Below, one piece after another: positions 32,147 to 43,292 of a stretch of 64,000 nucleotides of DNA. The notes under the pieces were generated by a model, which was given only the letters and a program-made list of their open reading frames with translations, was not told the DNA's origin and searched no databases. A program made the position numbers and the translations under genes. Positions within the stretch are counted from its first letter, which is position 1. Each line of letters opens with the position of its first letter. This DNA comes from Arcobacteraceae bacterium (lineage in GTDB: Bacteria; Campylobacterota; Campylobacteria; Campylobacterales; Arcobacteraceae): contig OY759974.1 in NCBI GenBank assembly GCA_963662945.1, forward strand, positions 544,001-608,000, in the 5' to 3' direction.

Positions 32147-33082
32147 ATGAGAGTATATATATTATCAAGAAACAAATCATTGTATTCTACAAGAAGATTA
32201 GTTGAAGCAGCAGAAGCCAAAGGTTGGGAAGTTAGAGTTGTTGATTATTTAAAATGTTCTATAGAAATTATGAAAAATGAATTAAAAATAAATTATCAAG
32301 GAAAAGAATTACCAGCACCAGATGCTATTATTCCAAGAATTGGAGCTAGTAGAACTTTCTATGGAACTGCAATGGTTAGGCACTTTGAGATGATGGATAC
32401 TTTTTCTACTTCTGGAAATTTAGCTATTAAAAGAAGTAGAGATAAACTTAGAAGTTTACAAGTTCTCTCAAAATATGGTGTTGATATGCCAAAAACAGTT
32501 TTTGCTTCAAATAAGTCAAATGCAAAAGATGTTATTGAACTCAGTGGTGGAGCACCATTAGTTCTTAAAATCCTTGAAGGAACACAAGGAGTTGGAGTCG
32601 TTTTAGTTGATAGCGAAAAAGCTGCAAAATCGGTTCTTGATGCCTTTTACGGAATGGATGTAAACTTACTTGTTCAAGAGTTTATTGCAGAAGCTGGAGG
32701 TGCTGATATTCGAGCATTTGTTGTTGGTGGTGAAGTTGTTGGTGCTATGAAAAGACAAGGTGCAGAAGGTGACTTTAGATCAAATCTTCACCAAGGTGGA
32801 AGTGCAACTGCCTATAAATTAAACCGAAAAGAAAAAGCAACAGCATTAGCTGCTGCAAAAGCAATGGGACTTGGAGTATGTGGTGTAGATATGATACCTT
32901 CAAAAAGAGGTCCACTAGTGATGGAGGTAAATTCTAGCCCAGGACTAGAAGGTATTGAAAAATCAACAGGTATTGATATAGCTGGTAAAATAATGGAATA
33001 TATTGCAAAAAATGTAACACCAAGATGCCCAGAAAACCCTACCAAAAAAAGAAAACTTAAAAGAGATAACATAGGAGCATAA
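32147..33082 (+). CDS. rimK: RimK-family ATP-grasp glutamate ligase
   Basis: [43 protein letters not shown]. Confidence 0.92.
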   Translation: MRVYILSRNKSLYSTRRLVEAAEAKGWEVRVVDYLKCSIEIMKNELKINYQGKELPAPDAIIPRIGASRTFYGTAMVRHFEMMDTFSTSGNLAIKRSRDKLRSLQVLSKYGVDMPKTVFASNKSNAKDVIELSGGAPLVLKILEGTQGVGVVLVDSEKAAKSVLDAFYGMDVNLLVQEFIAEAGGADIRAFVVGGEVVGAMKRQGAEGDFRSNLHQGGSATAYKLNRKEKATALAAAKAMGLGVCGVDMIPSKRGPLVMEVNSSPGLEGIEKSTGIDIAGKIMEYIAKNVTPRCPENPTKKRKLKRDNIGA

Positions 33083-33086
33083 TAAT

Positions 33087-34136
33087 ATGCCAGTCCAGAA
33101 ATTTACTCTTGGTGGTGTAGAGATACCACGAGGAGCAAATATTACTATAAATATTGAACTTCCAAAACTTTATAATACCCCTACACAATTACCTATTCGG
33201 GTAATCAGAGGGAAAAAAGATGGTCCAATTGTATTTATAAGCGCCGCTATTCATGGTGATGAGTTAAATGGAGTTGAGATTATTAGAAGATTTCGAAAAT
33301 TAAATATTTTAAAAAGACTTAAAGGTACTTTGATACTTGTTCCTATAGTAAATGTTTATGGAATTATGAATCTTTCAAGGTATCTACCAGATAGAAGAGA
33401 TTTAAATAGAAGTTTTCCTGGTAGTAGTAAAGGAAGTTTAGCAGGTCGTGTAGCAAAAGTTTTTTTTGATGAGATTGTTTTAAAATGTGATTTAGGGATA
33501 GATTTACATACTGCTTCAATTCATAAATCAAATCTTCCTCAGGTTAGAACAAATATAAACAATGAATATACTTTTAATCTTGCAAAAGCTTTTGCCGCAC
33601 CTGTTATATTACACTCAGAAGTAAGAGATGGTTCACTTCGTGCTGTTGCACAAGAAAAAGGAGTGCCAATACTTTTATATGAAGCGGGAGAAGCTTTAAG
33701 ATTTGATGAAACCTCTATACGCATTGGTGTAAATGGATTGGTAAATGTATTACGAGCAAACAATATGCTTCCTCAAATAACAAGAAAAAAAGCACCTAAA
33801 ACACCACTAATTTCAAGAATAAGTAAATGGATTCGTTCGAGTGAAAGTGGTATGTTACGAACTATTAAAGCTCTTGGAGACACGGTAAAAGAAAATGATG
33901 TGATTGCATATATTGATGAGCCATTAGGAGAACAATCATTTGAAATAACATCCCCTTATGATGGAGTTATTATAGGAAAATCTGAAATTCCTCTCGTTCA
34001 AGAGGGAGATGCTGTTTTTCATATAGCAAAATTTGGTAACCTTGAATTGGCTGAAACAAAAATAGAATACTTTAATGAAGAGATAATCGAACAAAGTGAA
34101 TTCTATGAATTAAATAACGAAGAGATAATAGAATAG
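33087..34136 (+). CDS. Succinylglutamate desuccinylase/aspartoacylase family (M14) protein
   Basis: HGDELNG, DLNRSFPG, IDLHT, YEAGE. Confidence 0.9.
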   Translation: MPVQKFTLGGVEIPRGANITINIELPKLYNTPTQLPIRVIRGKKDGPIVFISAAIHGDELNGVEIIRRFRKLNILKRLKGTLILVPIVNVYGIMNLSRYLPDRRDLNRSFPGSSKGSLAGRVAKVFFDEIVLKCDLGIDLHTASIHKSNLPQVRTNINNEYTFNLAKAFAAPVILHSEVRDGSLRAVAQEKGVPILLYEAGEALRFDETSIRIGVNGLVNVLRANNMLPQITRKKAPKTPLISRISKWIRSSESGMLRTIKALGDTVKENDVIAYIDEPLGEQSFEITSPYDGVIIGKSEIPLVQEGDAVFHIAKFGNLELAETKIEYFNEEIIEQSEFYELNNEEIIE

Positions 34137-35183
34137 ATGGAACTTTTTTACGATATTTTAAAACAACTTATAAGAATCCCAAGTGTAGTTGGTGCTGAGC
34201 ATCCTTTTTTCATGTTTGTTAAACGAGAATTAGAAGAACTAGGGGTTGATGTTGAATACTATGATGGTGTACTTGTAGCAAAGGGAAGTGAACCAACAAG
34301 TGGTTATATTTCAGCCCATGCTGATAGACATGGACTTATTTGTACTGGACATAATGAGTTTCAATATGCTGCTTTTATCGCAAAAAACCAAGCAGACCTA
34401 ACAGGAAATTCAAACTCTGAACAACTTCTAAAAAACTTTACAGATAGATTTGTAGATCAAAAAGTTCAAGCGTATGAACCTTGGTCTGGAACATATCTTG
34501 GATTAGGAAACATTAAAGAAACTTTTTTATGTAAACGGCGAAACAATATTATTTTTAAAGTTGATGGTTTTGAACATCTTATGCCAGGAACTCCTATAGG
34601 CTTCGTAGATAAACTTAAAATTGATGAAAATGGGCTCGTTTCTGCACAATTAGACAATGTTATCTCTGTAGCAATTATTATTTATATGTATACAAAGGGA
34701 TACAAAGGTACTTCGTTTTTTACAGCATCAGAAGAAGCTGGAAAAAGTTGGAGATTTTTATTAGAATATTTTAGACGATTTGATCTTGATACAAAAAAAC
34801 TTTTGGTACTTGATACAAGCCCTTATAAAAATGTAAGTGATATCAATCATCTTGATGTAGTCTTGCGAAATAGAGATGAAAATGGTGTATTTCGTTCGTC
34901 ACTAAAAAACAAAATTAAAAATATCTGTATTGAAAACAATATAAACTATCATTTTAAAGATGCTTATTTAAAAAATATAATGCAACAAGAGGGAACAAAA
35001 GGTTCATTAGGGGTTACAGAACTTGGAAGAATCATACATGCAACAAAAGGAAATATTCAAGGGGCAACTCTACAGCTTCCAACAATTGGCTACCATACAG
35101 TTGAAGAAACAACAACAAAAAAATCTATAGATAGTATGATACTTATTCTTTCAAAACTATATGGTGTAGACGATAATGTTTAA
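34137..35183 (+). CDS. M42/M20-like metallopeptidase
   Basis: AHADR, AQLDN, EEAG, YHT metal-ligand pattern. Confidence 0.75.
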   Translation: MELFYDILKQLIRIPSVVGAEHPFFMFVKRELEELGVDVEYYDGVLVAKGSEPTSGYISAHADRHGLICTGHNEFQYAAFIAKNQADLTGNSNSEQLLKNFTDRFVDQKVQAYEPWSGTYLGLGNIKETFLCKRRNNIIFKVDGFEHLMPGTPIGFVDKLKIDENGLVSAQLDNVISVAIIIYMYTKGYKGTSFFTASEEAGKSWRFLLEYFRRFDLDTKKLLVLDTSPYKNVSDINHLDVVLRNRDENGVFRSSLKNKIKNICIENNINYHFKDAYLKNIMQQEGTKGSLGVTELGRIIHATKGNIQGATLQLPTIGYHTVEETTTKKSIDSMILILSKLYGVDDNV

Positions 35184-35658
35184 AATATTTATCATCTCTC
35201 TTATTCTTCTTACAAATCTTTTTTCAGATAAATTAATTTTAGGAAAAAATGATAAATTTGATTTACCAGAACTTTCTTTAAAAGAAGTACGAGCAAAAAT
35301 TGATACTGGTGCAAAAACCTCATCATTACATTGTAAAAGTATCAAACCTGATAATCAGGGTAATGTAACCTTTATCATTTTAGATGAAAAAAATCCAAAA
35401 TTTACAGGACAATCTATAACAAAAAAAATATTTAGAATTGCCGATGTAAAAAGTTCAAATGGAAGTGTGCAAAAAAGGTATTTCATTCATACACCAATCA
35501 TAATATATGGTAAAACTTATACGATGGAATTATCATTAAGCTTTAGAGGAAGTATGAAATTTCCTCTTTTAATAGGACGAGAACTTATCCAACAAGGTTT
35601 TTTAGTTGATGTAACAAAAACTGATTTATCATTTAACGCTAGTCAGTTGTCTCAATAA
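35176..35658 (+). CDS. Secreted RimB-like retropepsin-like protease (second copy)
   Basis: Signal peptide; AKIDTGAKTSSLH, VKSSNG, MKFPLLIGR. Confidence 0.8.
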   Translation: MFKIFIISLILLTNLFSDKLILGKNDKFDLPELSLKEVRAKIDTGAKTSSLHCKSIKPDNQGNVTFIILDEKNPKFTGQSITKKIFRIADVKSSNGSVQKRYFIHTPIIIYGKTYTMELSLSFRGSMKFPLLIGRELIQQGFLVDVTKTDLSFNASQLSQ

Positions 35659-36160
35659 TATCTTCTTTTTTTACCTTATTTTTTAGTTTAATAATGGGCT
35701 TTTGTAAAAAAAGATTATTGGGATATAGTACAATATTATCATTTTCATCTAAAATCTCAATTTGAAAAAGTGATATTTCTATAATCTCTCCAATGATAGA
35801 ATTATCCCCATCTACAACTTTAATTTTATCCCCTACTCTTGCTGGAAAAGTAAAAAATATAATAATACTTGAAGTAAGATTACTCAAAATTGACCATTGA
35901 GCAAAAAGGGCAACTCCAATCACTGCAAAGATTGATGAAGCAAATATCATAACTCCACCTAATTGTACATTCCAGATTACAGCTAAAAAAAGTACTGTCA
36001 TCAAAATAATAATAAAATGTGAAAACTTTGTAACATAATAAATTCTTTTAGGAATAGTACGTTTTGTTCGTCCAATTTTGTTTATAAAATAATCTGATAG
36101 TTTAGATACGATAATTGATAATACAAAAAGTCCTATTGTTAAAATAAAATTTGTTGTCAT
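35639..36160 (-). CDS. Small MscS-family mechanosensitive channel
   Basis: ALFAQWSILSN, FPARVGDKI, YPNN; start adjusted to ATG 36160. Confidence 0.85.
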   Translation of the reverse strand: MTTNFILTIGLFVLSIIVSKLSDYFINKIGRTKRTIPKRIYYVTKFSHFIIILMTVLFLAVIWNVQLGGVMIFASSIFAVIGVALFAQWSILSNLTSSIIIFFTFPARVGDKIKVVDGDNSIIGEIIEISLFQIEILDENDNIVLYPNNLFLQKPIIKLKNKVKKEDIIETTD

Positions 36161-36222
36161 AAATATGCCTTGAATATATAATTTTATTGCTATAATTGTA
36201 CAATAATTGTAAGGATATAAAG

Positions 36223-37620
36223 TTGAAAGCACTTACTCTTTTTCTATTTTTATGCTTGAGTTTATTTTCAAATGAAAGTATTATCAATACAAACATTACT
36301 GTTGAAAAAAATATTTGGTTAAAAACATACCAAAATTACAAGAACTACAATATACTTATCAACAATATAACTGTAATTGAACAAAAATTAAAAAATCCAG
36401 ATAATTCAATAAAAACACAAGAAGAACTCAATAAACGATTAGGTATTTATAAATCAAAACTAGAACTTTATGAGAGTAATCAAACTTTCAATAGTATTTT
36501 AAAACAATATAAATACACTTCTCAACCTATTACATTAAGAGATTTTATTTTCAAAACTTCTTTAAAAGATATTGAGAAAATTTCACAAAAATATAAAACA
36601 GTTAAAGATAATTTTTATATAGCAAAATCAACTGTTAATAATAAATATAAAACACTTTTAGACCTTAATGAAGATACTAAAAAACTCAAATCTGCAAAAG
36701 AAGATTTAGACTATTTTATAGAATATACAGAAAATATAGATAAAACAGAAAAAAATCTTTTAGAATCAAAAGAAGAGTTGTTAAAAAAATATGAAGAATA
36801 CAAAGATGAAGTTTTTATCAAACATCTTTTTACTTTTGGTATGATTATCCTCTTTTACACAATTTATAAAGTATTATCTTCCTTAGTTTTCTATCTTACA
36901 CATAATTCAGAAAATCATGAAGACCAAAAAAACTATAGAAAACTTCTTTCACTGCTTTTTGTAATCTTAGTAATAGTATTTGTCGCTATTCGGTATATTG
37001 ATGATATTATGTATATTATAACATTTTTAAGTGTTATAGCAGCAGCTCTTACACTTGCAACTAGAGAAATTATTCTTAATATTGCAGGAGCTATTTATAT
37101 ATTCTTTACAAGTATTGTCAAAGTTGGAGATAGGATTATGGTGCAGTTTGAAACGAAACACACTATTGGAGACATAGTGGATATCTCATTAGTCAAAATG
37201 AAACTCAATGAAATAGAAGACTATACAAATATTAAAGAAGTAAAAAATGTGGGACGAACTATCTATATTCCAAACAGCTATATTTTTACAAAAGTTTTTT
37301 ATAACTACTCTTTGAAAAAAAATGGAATCATCACTGACTTAATAGAATTTGAGTTTGATATCAATAACGATTTTGAACTTATAGAACAAATCACCCACAC
37401 AGTTTTTACAAAACTTGGCATCACCTATAAAATCTCATTTAACCTTAACAGTACAAAAACAGCTATTACAGCTTTAATATCTTATCAAACAAATTATAAA
37501 CGTGCTTCAAAAACAAGAGGAGAAGTTGCTATAAAGCTCTTAAGTGAATATAAAAACAACGATGCAGTTAAACTTAAAGCAGCGAAAGCTCTGCCAAAAG
37601 AGAAAGAGGAAGTAGAATAA
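36223..37620 (+). CDS. MscS-family channel with periplasmic coiled domain
   Basis: Signal peptide, 3 TM, KVGDRI, GDIVDIS, IPNSYIF; TTG start after AAGGA. Confidence 0.8.
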   Translation: MKALTLFLFLCLSLFSNESIINTNITVEKNIWLKTYQNYKNYNILINNITVIEQKLKNPDNSIKTQEELNKRLGIYKSKLELYESNQTFNSILKQYKYTSQPITLRDFIFKTSLKDIEKISQKYKTVKDNFYIAKSTVNNKYKTLLDLNEDTKKLKSAKEDLDYFIEYTENIDKTEKNLLESKEELLKKYEEYKDEVFIKHLFTFGMIILFYTIYKVLSSLVFYLTHNSENHEDQKNYRKLLSLLFVILVIVFVAIRYIDDIMYIITFLSVIAAALTLATREIILNIAGAIYIFFTSIVKVGDRIMVQFETKHTIGDIVDISLVKMKLNEIEDYTNIKEVKNVGRTIYIPNSYIFTKVFYNYSLKKNGIITDLIEFEFDINNDFELIEQITHTVFTKLGITYKISFNLNSTKTAITALISYQTNYKRASKTRGEVAIKLLSEYKNNDAVKLKAAKALPKEKEEVE

Positions 37621-37623
37621 AAA

Positions 37624-38400
37624 TTATTTCCTCTTTAAAAAATAGGCAAGTAGTGTTGAAATAAGTCCTATGCTTATAAGAATAGATATAACAGAATAAG
37701 TTCCACCTTCTCCTTGTGTAAAAAATAAAGAAGTTGTATTCATTCCAAAAAAACCAACTATAAAATTTAAGGGTAAAAATATTCCTGATAAAATAGTCAA
37801 TGTGTAAATGATTCTATTCATTTGTTCATTGGTTTGTGTCAAATGAAAATTATACAAAGCATCAAGCTTTTCTAAAAGTAATCCACTATTTCTGTAAGCT
37901 CTTTGTAAATGTTCCTCAATATCTTCAAAGTTTCGCTCTAAATACTCTTCTTCTTGTTTATAATTAAATATTAAATCATCCATTGTCTGTCCAGCTTTAA
38001 ACAAAACTCTATTAATTCGTACAATATTATTTTTATACATAAACCATTGCTGATTAAAATCTTTTAAAGATTTCCCGTCATAAATACGATCTTCAATCGC
38101 TTCTATCTCATTAAAGTGATCTAAAATAATTTTTAATACATCATCTATTTTTTTATCTAAAAATCGATAGAAACCCTTGATATTTTTCAAATCTACAAAT
38201 AAATCTTTGACTTTATCAAAATAATAATATGATTCATCTGTAACAACAAAAGCATTACTTATTTGAACTATCCTATCATCCTTTACTTGTGGTAATCGTA
38301 AAATAATAAGATCATAATTTTCATGTTTGAAAAATACTGAAGGATGTACTTCACTTCTTACATCTTCTAAGTGGAAACTATCTAATTTTTCTCTTATCAT
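37624..38400 (-). CDS. CorA-family divalent cation transporter
   Basis: IFLPLNFIVGFFGMN signature. Confidence 0.88.
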   Translation of the reverse strand: MIREKLDSFHLEDVRSEVHPSVFFKHENYDLIILRLPQVKDDRIVQISNAFVVTDESYYYFDKVKDLFVDLKNIKGFYRFLDKKIDDVLKIILDHFNEIEAIEDRIYDGKSLKDFNQQWFMYKNNIVRINRVLFKAGQTMDDLIFNYKQEEEYLERNFEDIEEHLQRAYRNSGLLLEKLDALYNFHLTQTNEQMNRIIYTLTILSGIFLPLNFIVGFFGMNTTSLFFTQGEGGTYSVISILISIGLISTLLAYFLKRK

Positions 38401-38410
38401 CTTAATAATC

Positions 38411-39781
38411 CTATAATAATATTAAAGTAGCCAATCCTAAAAAGCTAAAAAATCCAACAACATCAGTAACAGTTGTTAGAAGTACTGTACTTCCTATAGC
38501 AGGGTCTATTCCCATTTTTTGTAAACTCAATGGAATTAAAGCACCAAAAAAACCTGCACTTAAAAGATTTATAACCATAGATAAGGCAATAACTACTCCA
38601 AGCATTGGCATAGAGAACCATAGATATGAAATAACTCCTATAACCACTGCAAATAAAAATCCATTTGCCAAAGAGATTAAAACCTCTTTATAGATTGTTT
38701 TCTTTGCATCTTCTTTTTCGATATCCCCTAAAGCCATTTGTCGTACAGTTACTGTCAATGTTTGTGTTCCAGCATTTCCACCCATTGAAGCAACGATTGG
38801 CATCAAAATAGCCAATGCTACAAGTGATTGAATAGTAGTATCAAATAAACCTATTACAATAGAAGCGGCAATTGCAGTTACAAGATTAATTGCTAACCAA
38901 AAAGCTCTACTTTTCCCAATCTCGTAGATACTTTCTTCTTGCTCAACCTCATCATTAACCCCAGCCATGTTATAGATTTGTTCTGTTGCACTCTCTTGGA
39001 TAATATCGTATACGTCATCTGAAGTGATTCTTCCCACTAACTTTTGATTATCATCTAAAACAGGTACACTTGTAAGATTATAGTTTGTCACCATATCTAC
39101 AACCTCTTTGATTGTAGCTTTGTGAGAGATATTGTAAGTTCTAAATTTTTCACTTGGAATATCTGAAAACTTTAATCCATGTTCAAAAATAATCAGTTCC
39201 TCTAAACCAACACTTCCAATATATTTACCTCTTGTATCTGTAATATGACAATGCCAAATATTATCTACTTCACCACTTTCTTTAAGCTCTTTAAGTCTTT
39301 TGATTGCATCACCTATCTTTTCATTCTGTTTTGCAGAAAAAAGCTCTGATTGCATGTATGAACCAGCCTCATCATCATCATAAGAGATAAGCTGTTCTAA
39401 AAATTCTTTATCCTCTTCATCAAAACTTTCTAAGATAGTTTGTGCAACATCTTCATGGTCTTCACTAATATTTTGAATAAAGTCTGCTGCATCATCTGTA
39501 TCCATGTTTGAAGCAATGGCAACAAGTTTTTTTGTACTGATATATTCACTAATCTCTTCTTGAACATAAGAAGGCATTTCGGAGAGAACTTCAGCAAGAA
39601 GTGCACTTGGTATTTTTTTGAGGATTGAAGAATATTTATCTTCATCTAAATCCCGAAGCTTTAATAATTGCTCAGAAATATCATAAGGGTGGACAGTATT
39701 ATTTTCCTCTTTATATTGGGAAATTTCTTCAATTAATTGGTTTGATAAACTCTCAATTTGTTCTATATCTTTTTCATTCAT
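38411..39781 (-). CDS. mgtE: Magnesium transporter MgtE
   Basis: DDAAD, CBS pair, MGGNAGTQ, DPA...LTTVTDVVG. Confidence 0.93.
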   Translation of the reverse strand: MNEKDIEQIESLSNQLIEEISQYKEENNTVHPYDISEQLLKLRDLDEDKYSSILKKIPSALLAEVLSEMPSYVQEEISEYISTKKLVAIASNMDTDDAADFIQNISEDHEDVAQTILESFDEEDKEFLEQLISYDDDEAGSYMQSELFSAKQNEKIGDAIKRLKELKESGEVDNIWHCHITDTRGKYIGSVGLEELIIFEHGLKFSDIPSEKFRTYNISHKATIKEVVDMVTNYNLTSVPVLDDNQKLVGRITSDDVYDIIQESATEQIYNMAGVNDEVEQEESIYEIGKSRAFWLAINLVTAIAASIVIGLFDTTIQSLVALAILMPIVASMGGNAGTQTLTVTVRQMALGDIEKEDAKKTIYKEVLISLANGFLFAVVIGVISYLWFSMPMLGVVIALSMVINLLSAGFFGALIPLSLQKMGIDPAIGSTVLLTTVTDVVGFFSFLGLATLILL

Positions 39782-39900
39782 AACTGGCTGTTTCCCTTGC
39801 TTTATACTAGTTTCGTATTATATTGAAAATTTACCAAATTTTTTGACGCAAATTGATAAAAAAGATGTATAATTCGCAAAATTAATATAGGAGGCTTACT

Positions 39901-40884
39901 ATGTCTACTTTAACTGTGAGTAATTATACTTTAAAACACTTTGATTTAAAAGCAAAAGAGATAATGGATAGATATCTTGATGTGATTAATGTTGATATTA
40001 GTGATTATACTTTTGCAGGTAATTATATCTGGCTTTCAACAGCAACAGGTTTTTATGCAATAGTAAATGATACTTTTTGTTTATTTATCTTAAATTCTGG
40101 GGAGCTGTCTATGTTGCTTCCACCTTTAGGGAAAAAAGAAAATACCTATGAAGCTATGCTTGATTGTTTTGATATTATGAATACTCACAATAGTAATAAA
40201 AACTATTCTAAAATAGAATATGTTCATGAAAACTTGTTAGAGGGATTTGTAAACTATCTTGAAGAAGGAACTGTTATCTATGATATGTTAAAAGATTTTT
40301 TAATAGAAAAAAAACTTGTTGACTATATCTATGAAACAGAAGATTTAATAGAGTTAAAAGGTGATCCATATAAATCAAAAAGAAATGAGATAAACAAGTT
40401 TAAAAAAGTATATCCAAACCATAGAGTTGAAATCATTGATATTGCAAAACATAAAGATGGTATTACAACACTTTTTAACAAGTGGGTAAAAGATAGAACA
40501 CTTTATATGCCAAAAGAGGAAGTAGAAACTTTCCTTGATGGTATCTATTTTGAAAGGTTTGCAATCAAAAGATTATTGAATGATTATGAAAATCTTGATG
40601 TAGTTGGAATGGTTTTATATATTGATGATGAGATCAAAGGATTTACAGTGGGTGAACAAATTAATGAAACAACCTCAAGTGTTATTATTGAAAAAACAGA
40701 TTTTGAGATACTTGGATGTGCACAATTTATCTTTAGAGAATTTACAAAATATCTTAAAGAATTATACGGAAGTATTTATATAAATGTTGGTGATGATATG
40801 GGATTTGAAAACTTAAAAAAAGTAAAAATGTCATATAGACCTGATAAACTTATTCCTAAATATACTATTTATCAAAAACAATGA
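39901..40884 (+). CDS. DUF2156 (GNAT-fold, aminoacyl-transferase-like) protein
   Basis: DYIY...LIEL.G..YKSKRN.IN.F, IEKT, YINVGDDMG.ENL.K.KMSYRP. Confidence 0.8.
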   Translation: MSTLTVSNYTLKHFDLKAKEIMDRYLDVINVDISDYTFAGNYIWLSTATGFYAIVNDTFCLFILNSGELSMLLPPLGKKENTYEAMLDCFDIMNTHNSNKNYSKIEYVHENLLEGFVNYLEEGTVIYDMLKDFLIEKKLVDYIYETEDLIELKGDPYKSKRNEINKFKKVYPNHRVEIIDIAKHKDGITTLFNKWVKDRTLYMPKEEVETFLDGIYFERFAIKRLLNDYENLDVVGMVLYIDDEIKGFTVGEQINETTSSVIIEKTDFEILGCAQFIFREFTKYLKELYGSIYINVGDDMGFENLKKVKMSYRPDKLIPKYTIYQKQ

Positions 40885-41303
40885 TAAAAATTGCAACTTT
40901 ACAAAATACAAAAGAGCTTTTTAATTTAGAAAGCTCTGTATTTTCAAAAGATGATTTCGGATTGAGTTTGAACTCTTTTTATTATCATATAAAAAGAAAT
41001 CAACTCTTTACCTATATCATTAACGATAAAATTGTAGGATATATTTTGTGGCTCAAAAGAAAAAATCATTATAGACTCTACTCTTTATGTATATCTACAG
41101 AGTTTCAAGGGCAAGGTATTGCTTCAAAGCTTTTAGACTACTCTTTTAAAACACTAGAGATAAAAAATTTTACTTTAGAGGTTAAAACAATAAATCATAC
41201 TGCAATCAATCTCTACAAAAAAAATGGTTTTGAAATTGTCAAAGTTTTAACAAACTATTATCCAAATAACTATGATGGGTATTTAATGAAAAAGGCTGAT
41301 TAA
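40881..41303 (+). CDS. RimI-like GNAT acetyltransferase
   Basis: FQGQGIAS.LL, LEV...N..AI.LY.K.GF, YY. Confidence 0.85.
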   Translation: MIKIATLQNTKELFNLESSVFSKDDFGLSLNSFYYHIKRNQLFTYIINDKIVGYILWLKRKNHYRLYSLCISTEFQGQGIASKLLDYSFKTLEIKNFTLEVKTINHTAINLYKKNGFEIVKVLTNYYPNNYDGYLMKKAD

Positions 41304-41956
41304 TGGCTTTAAAAAATTATAAAACAATGTTTCTTGAAGTAAAAAAATCTTACTTTTTATATCTTCAATCAATCGTATTATTTTTAGTGACTTATATCGA
41401 CTGGACATTATTACCCTATATTACAAAACTAGAAGGTACTTATCTTCCTGTATTTATGATAAGTTTTTTTATGCTTTTAGGTGCACTTGATGGAATAGTG
41501 CAACCACTTTTTAAACATATCAAGATTTATAATATCTATCTTTTTACAATTATTTTAGATATTATTCAAATATCCTCATATCCACTTCTTTCACATTCTA
41601 TTGTAGTTTTTACTTATGTAATATTATCAATATTTACTCTTCAAGCTATCACTTTTGAAATTGCAAGGGTTCATACTGTTGATTTTATGCAAGATGAAGC
41701 TATTGAATTAAAAGATTATCTAATGCTTCGTTCTTTTATGATTTCTATTGCTATTGTATTTGGAAGCTTGAGTGCTATGTTATTTGATTATTTTGAAATA
41801 AAACTTATAAATCTTTTGTATTATATAGCATCTTTGGGAATAATTGCTATTTATATACAATACAAACTTTATAAAAAATTCAAAGTGAAAACTTATGAAA
41901 ATGAAGTAGAAATTTTAAAAGAGAGACGAGATCTTTATGAGAAGTTTAAAAAATAA
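41303..41956 (+). CDS. Membrane protein with about 6 TM helices (half-MFS-like), function unknown
   Basis: Hydrophobic ORF whose start overlaps the GNAT stop codon. Confidence 0.65.
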   Translation: MALKNYKTMFLEVKKSYFLYLQSIVLFLVTYIDWTLLPYITKLEGTYLPVFMISFFMLLGALDGIVQPLFKHIKIYNIYLFTIILDIIQISSYPLLSHSIVVFTYVILSIFTLQAITFEIARVHTVDFMQDEAIELKDYLMLRSFMISIAIVFGSLSAMLFDYFEIKLINLLYYIASLGIIAIYIQYKLYKKFKVKTYENEVEILKERRDLYEKFKK

Positions 41957-41963
41957 ACTTCTC

Positions 41964-42743
41964 CTACAAATGATCCATTATATTCATAATAATTTCAAAT
42001 GCAATCAGCACAATTATAATCCACTCTAAAAATGAGGAATAATTATGTTTTTGTTCATTCCCAAGCATATCTAAAAGCTCTTGGATAACTTCAACTTTTT
42101 TATTAAGTACCACAACCCTTGAGTTTATATCCAAATATTTTGTAATTTTTTCATAATAATGTTCACACTCAGGATACTCCCAGATAAATTCAGGAGTATC
42201 AAGCAAATCATAATGAAGATTTAATTTACTTTTTACTAGAAACAACTCCCCAATTTTACGAGAAAGTTCTTTTTTTCGTAGTGAAATAGCACCTTTAATT
42301 GCTAATTCTTTTGGTATATTTGAATTTCTATCAATACTACTTTGTATCTCATTTTCAAAATTTTCTAATTTTAAACTTTGAGCTATAGAACTCGAAATCG
42401 AAACTTTGGTTAAAATATCATCATTATCTAAAGAGATGTGGTCAAGATGTATTTTAAAAATATCCCCATAACTATATTCTAAATGTTCCATAAGTTTCAC
42501 AGGTAATGGTTCTATAGTATAATCTTTGATAAAATCTTCAAAAAATTTTATAGTTTCAAAATCAACACCCCAGCAAACAAAGATACCATATCTAAAAAGA
42601 ATAATATCTTTGTCTTCTTTTATATTTACAACTATAATATCTTTTTGTTGTGTGACGGGATATCTTTGTTGTAATATTTCATAAATATTATCAGTAAATT
42701 TTTCACATATATTGTACGCAATAATATTTTTAGAGTTTTGCAT
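41964..42743 (-). CDS. RMD1/DUF155 family protein
   Basis: FRYG.FV.W, QSLKL..FE, LLDTPEFIW, LEWIII.LI. Confidence 0.85.
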   Translation of the reverse strand: MQNSKNIIAYNICEKFTDNIYEILQQRYPVTQQKDIIVVNIKEDKDIILFRYGIFVCWGVDFETIKFFEDFIKDYTIEPLPVKLMEHLEYSYGDIFKIHLDHISLDNDDILTKVSISSSIAQSLKLENFENEIQSSIDRNSNIPKELAIKGAISLRKKELSRKIGELFLVKSKLNLHYDLLDTPEFIWEYPECEHYYEKITKYLDINSRVVVLNKKVEVIQELLDMLGNEQKHNYSSFLEWIIIVLIAFEIIMNIMDHL

Positions 42744-42750
42744 AATTAAA

Positions 42751-43152
42751 TTATTTTCCTAATTGTTTATATAACACATTTAAGTCCCCAAGAACCCAAA
42801 TCTCAATTATTTTTTCATTTTCAATTTTGAAAAATGATGCACCATTGTATTTAATTCTATTATTTGTTGCTTCAAACTCAAATAATTTTCCTTTATGTGT
42901 ACCATTATATACAGCTCTTACTGCTACTTGATTATCTTCTGCAATAATTGCTTCAATTCCATGATAAAGGTTTGGAATAGCAGTTGTAATCATATCAAAA
43001 TACCCTTCAAAACCTTCTTTGCCCTTAGTTTCAATCCCTAAAGAACCTCTAAAAACAATATTGTCATCGAATAACTTATCTATGTAAGTTTTATCTTGCT
43101 TATTCCATAGATTTTCATAATATGACTCTACAATTTGTTTTTTCGTTTTCAT
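42751..43152 (-). CDS. SnoaL-like ester cyclase
   Basis: LWN, GTHKG, KIIEIW; start adjusted to ATG 43152 (GAGG RBS). Confidence 0.8.
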   Translation of the reverse strand: MKTKKQIVESYYENLWNKQDKTYIDKLFDDNIVFRGSLGIETKGKEGFEGYFDMITTAIPNLYHGIEAIIAEDNQVAVRAVYNGTHKGKLFEFEATNNRIKYNGASFFKIENEKIIEIWVLGDLNVLYKQLGK

Positions 43153-43292
43153 TTTTTTCCTCAAATTCAATTTTGTTGAATTATACAATATTTTTCAAAT
43201 TTTCTTATTAAAATAGTTTTTTTCGTAACTTTTCAAAGTTAACTCTTAAGAGTAAGAATACTATAATGACACAATTTATTTAGGAGAAGACT

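Noticed and set aside
43242-43253. 12-bp palindrome actcttaagagt between divergent genes
   Set aside because: Short and AT-rich with no second copy noticed; could be chance
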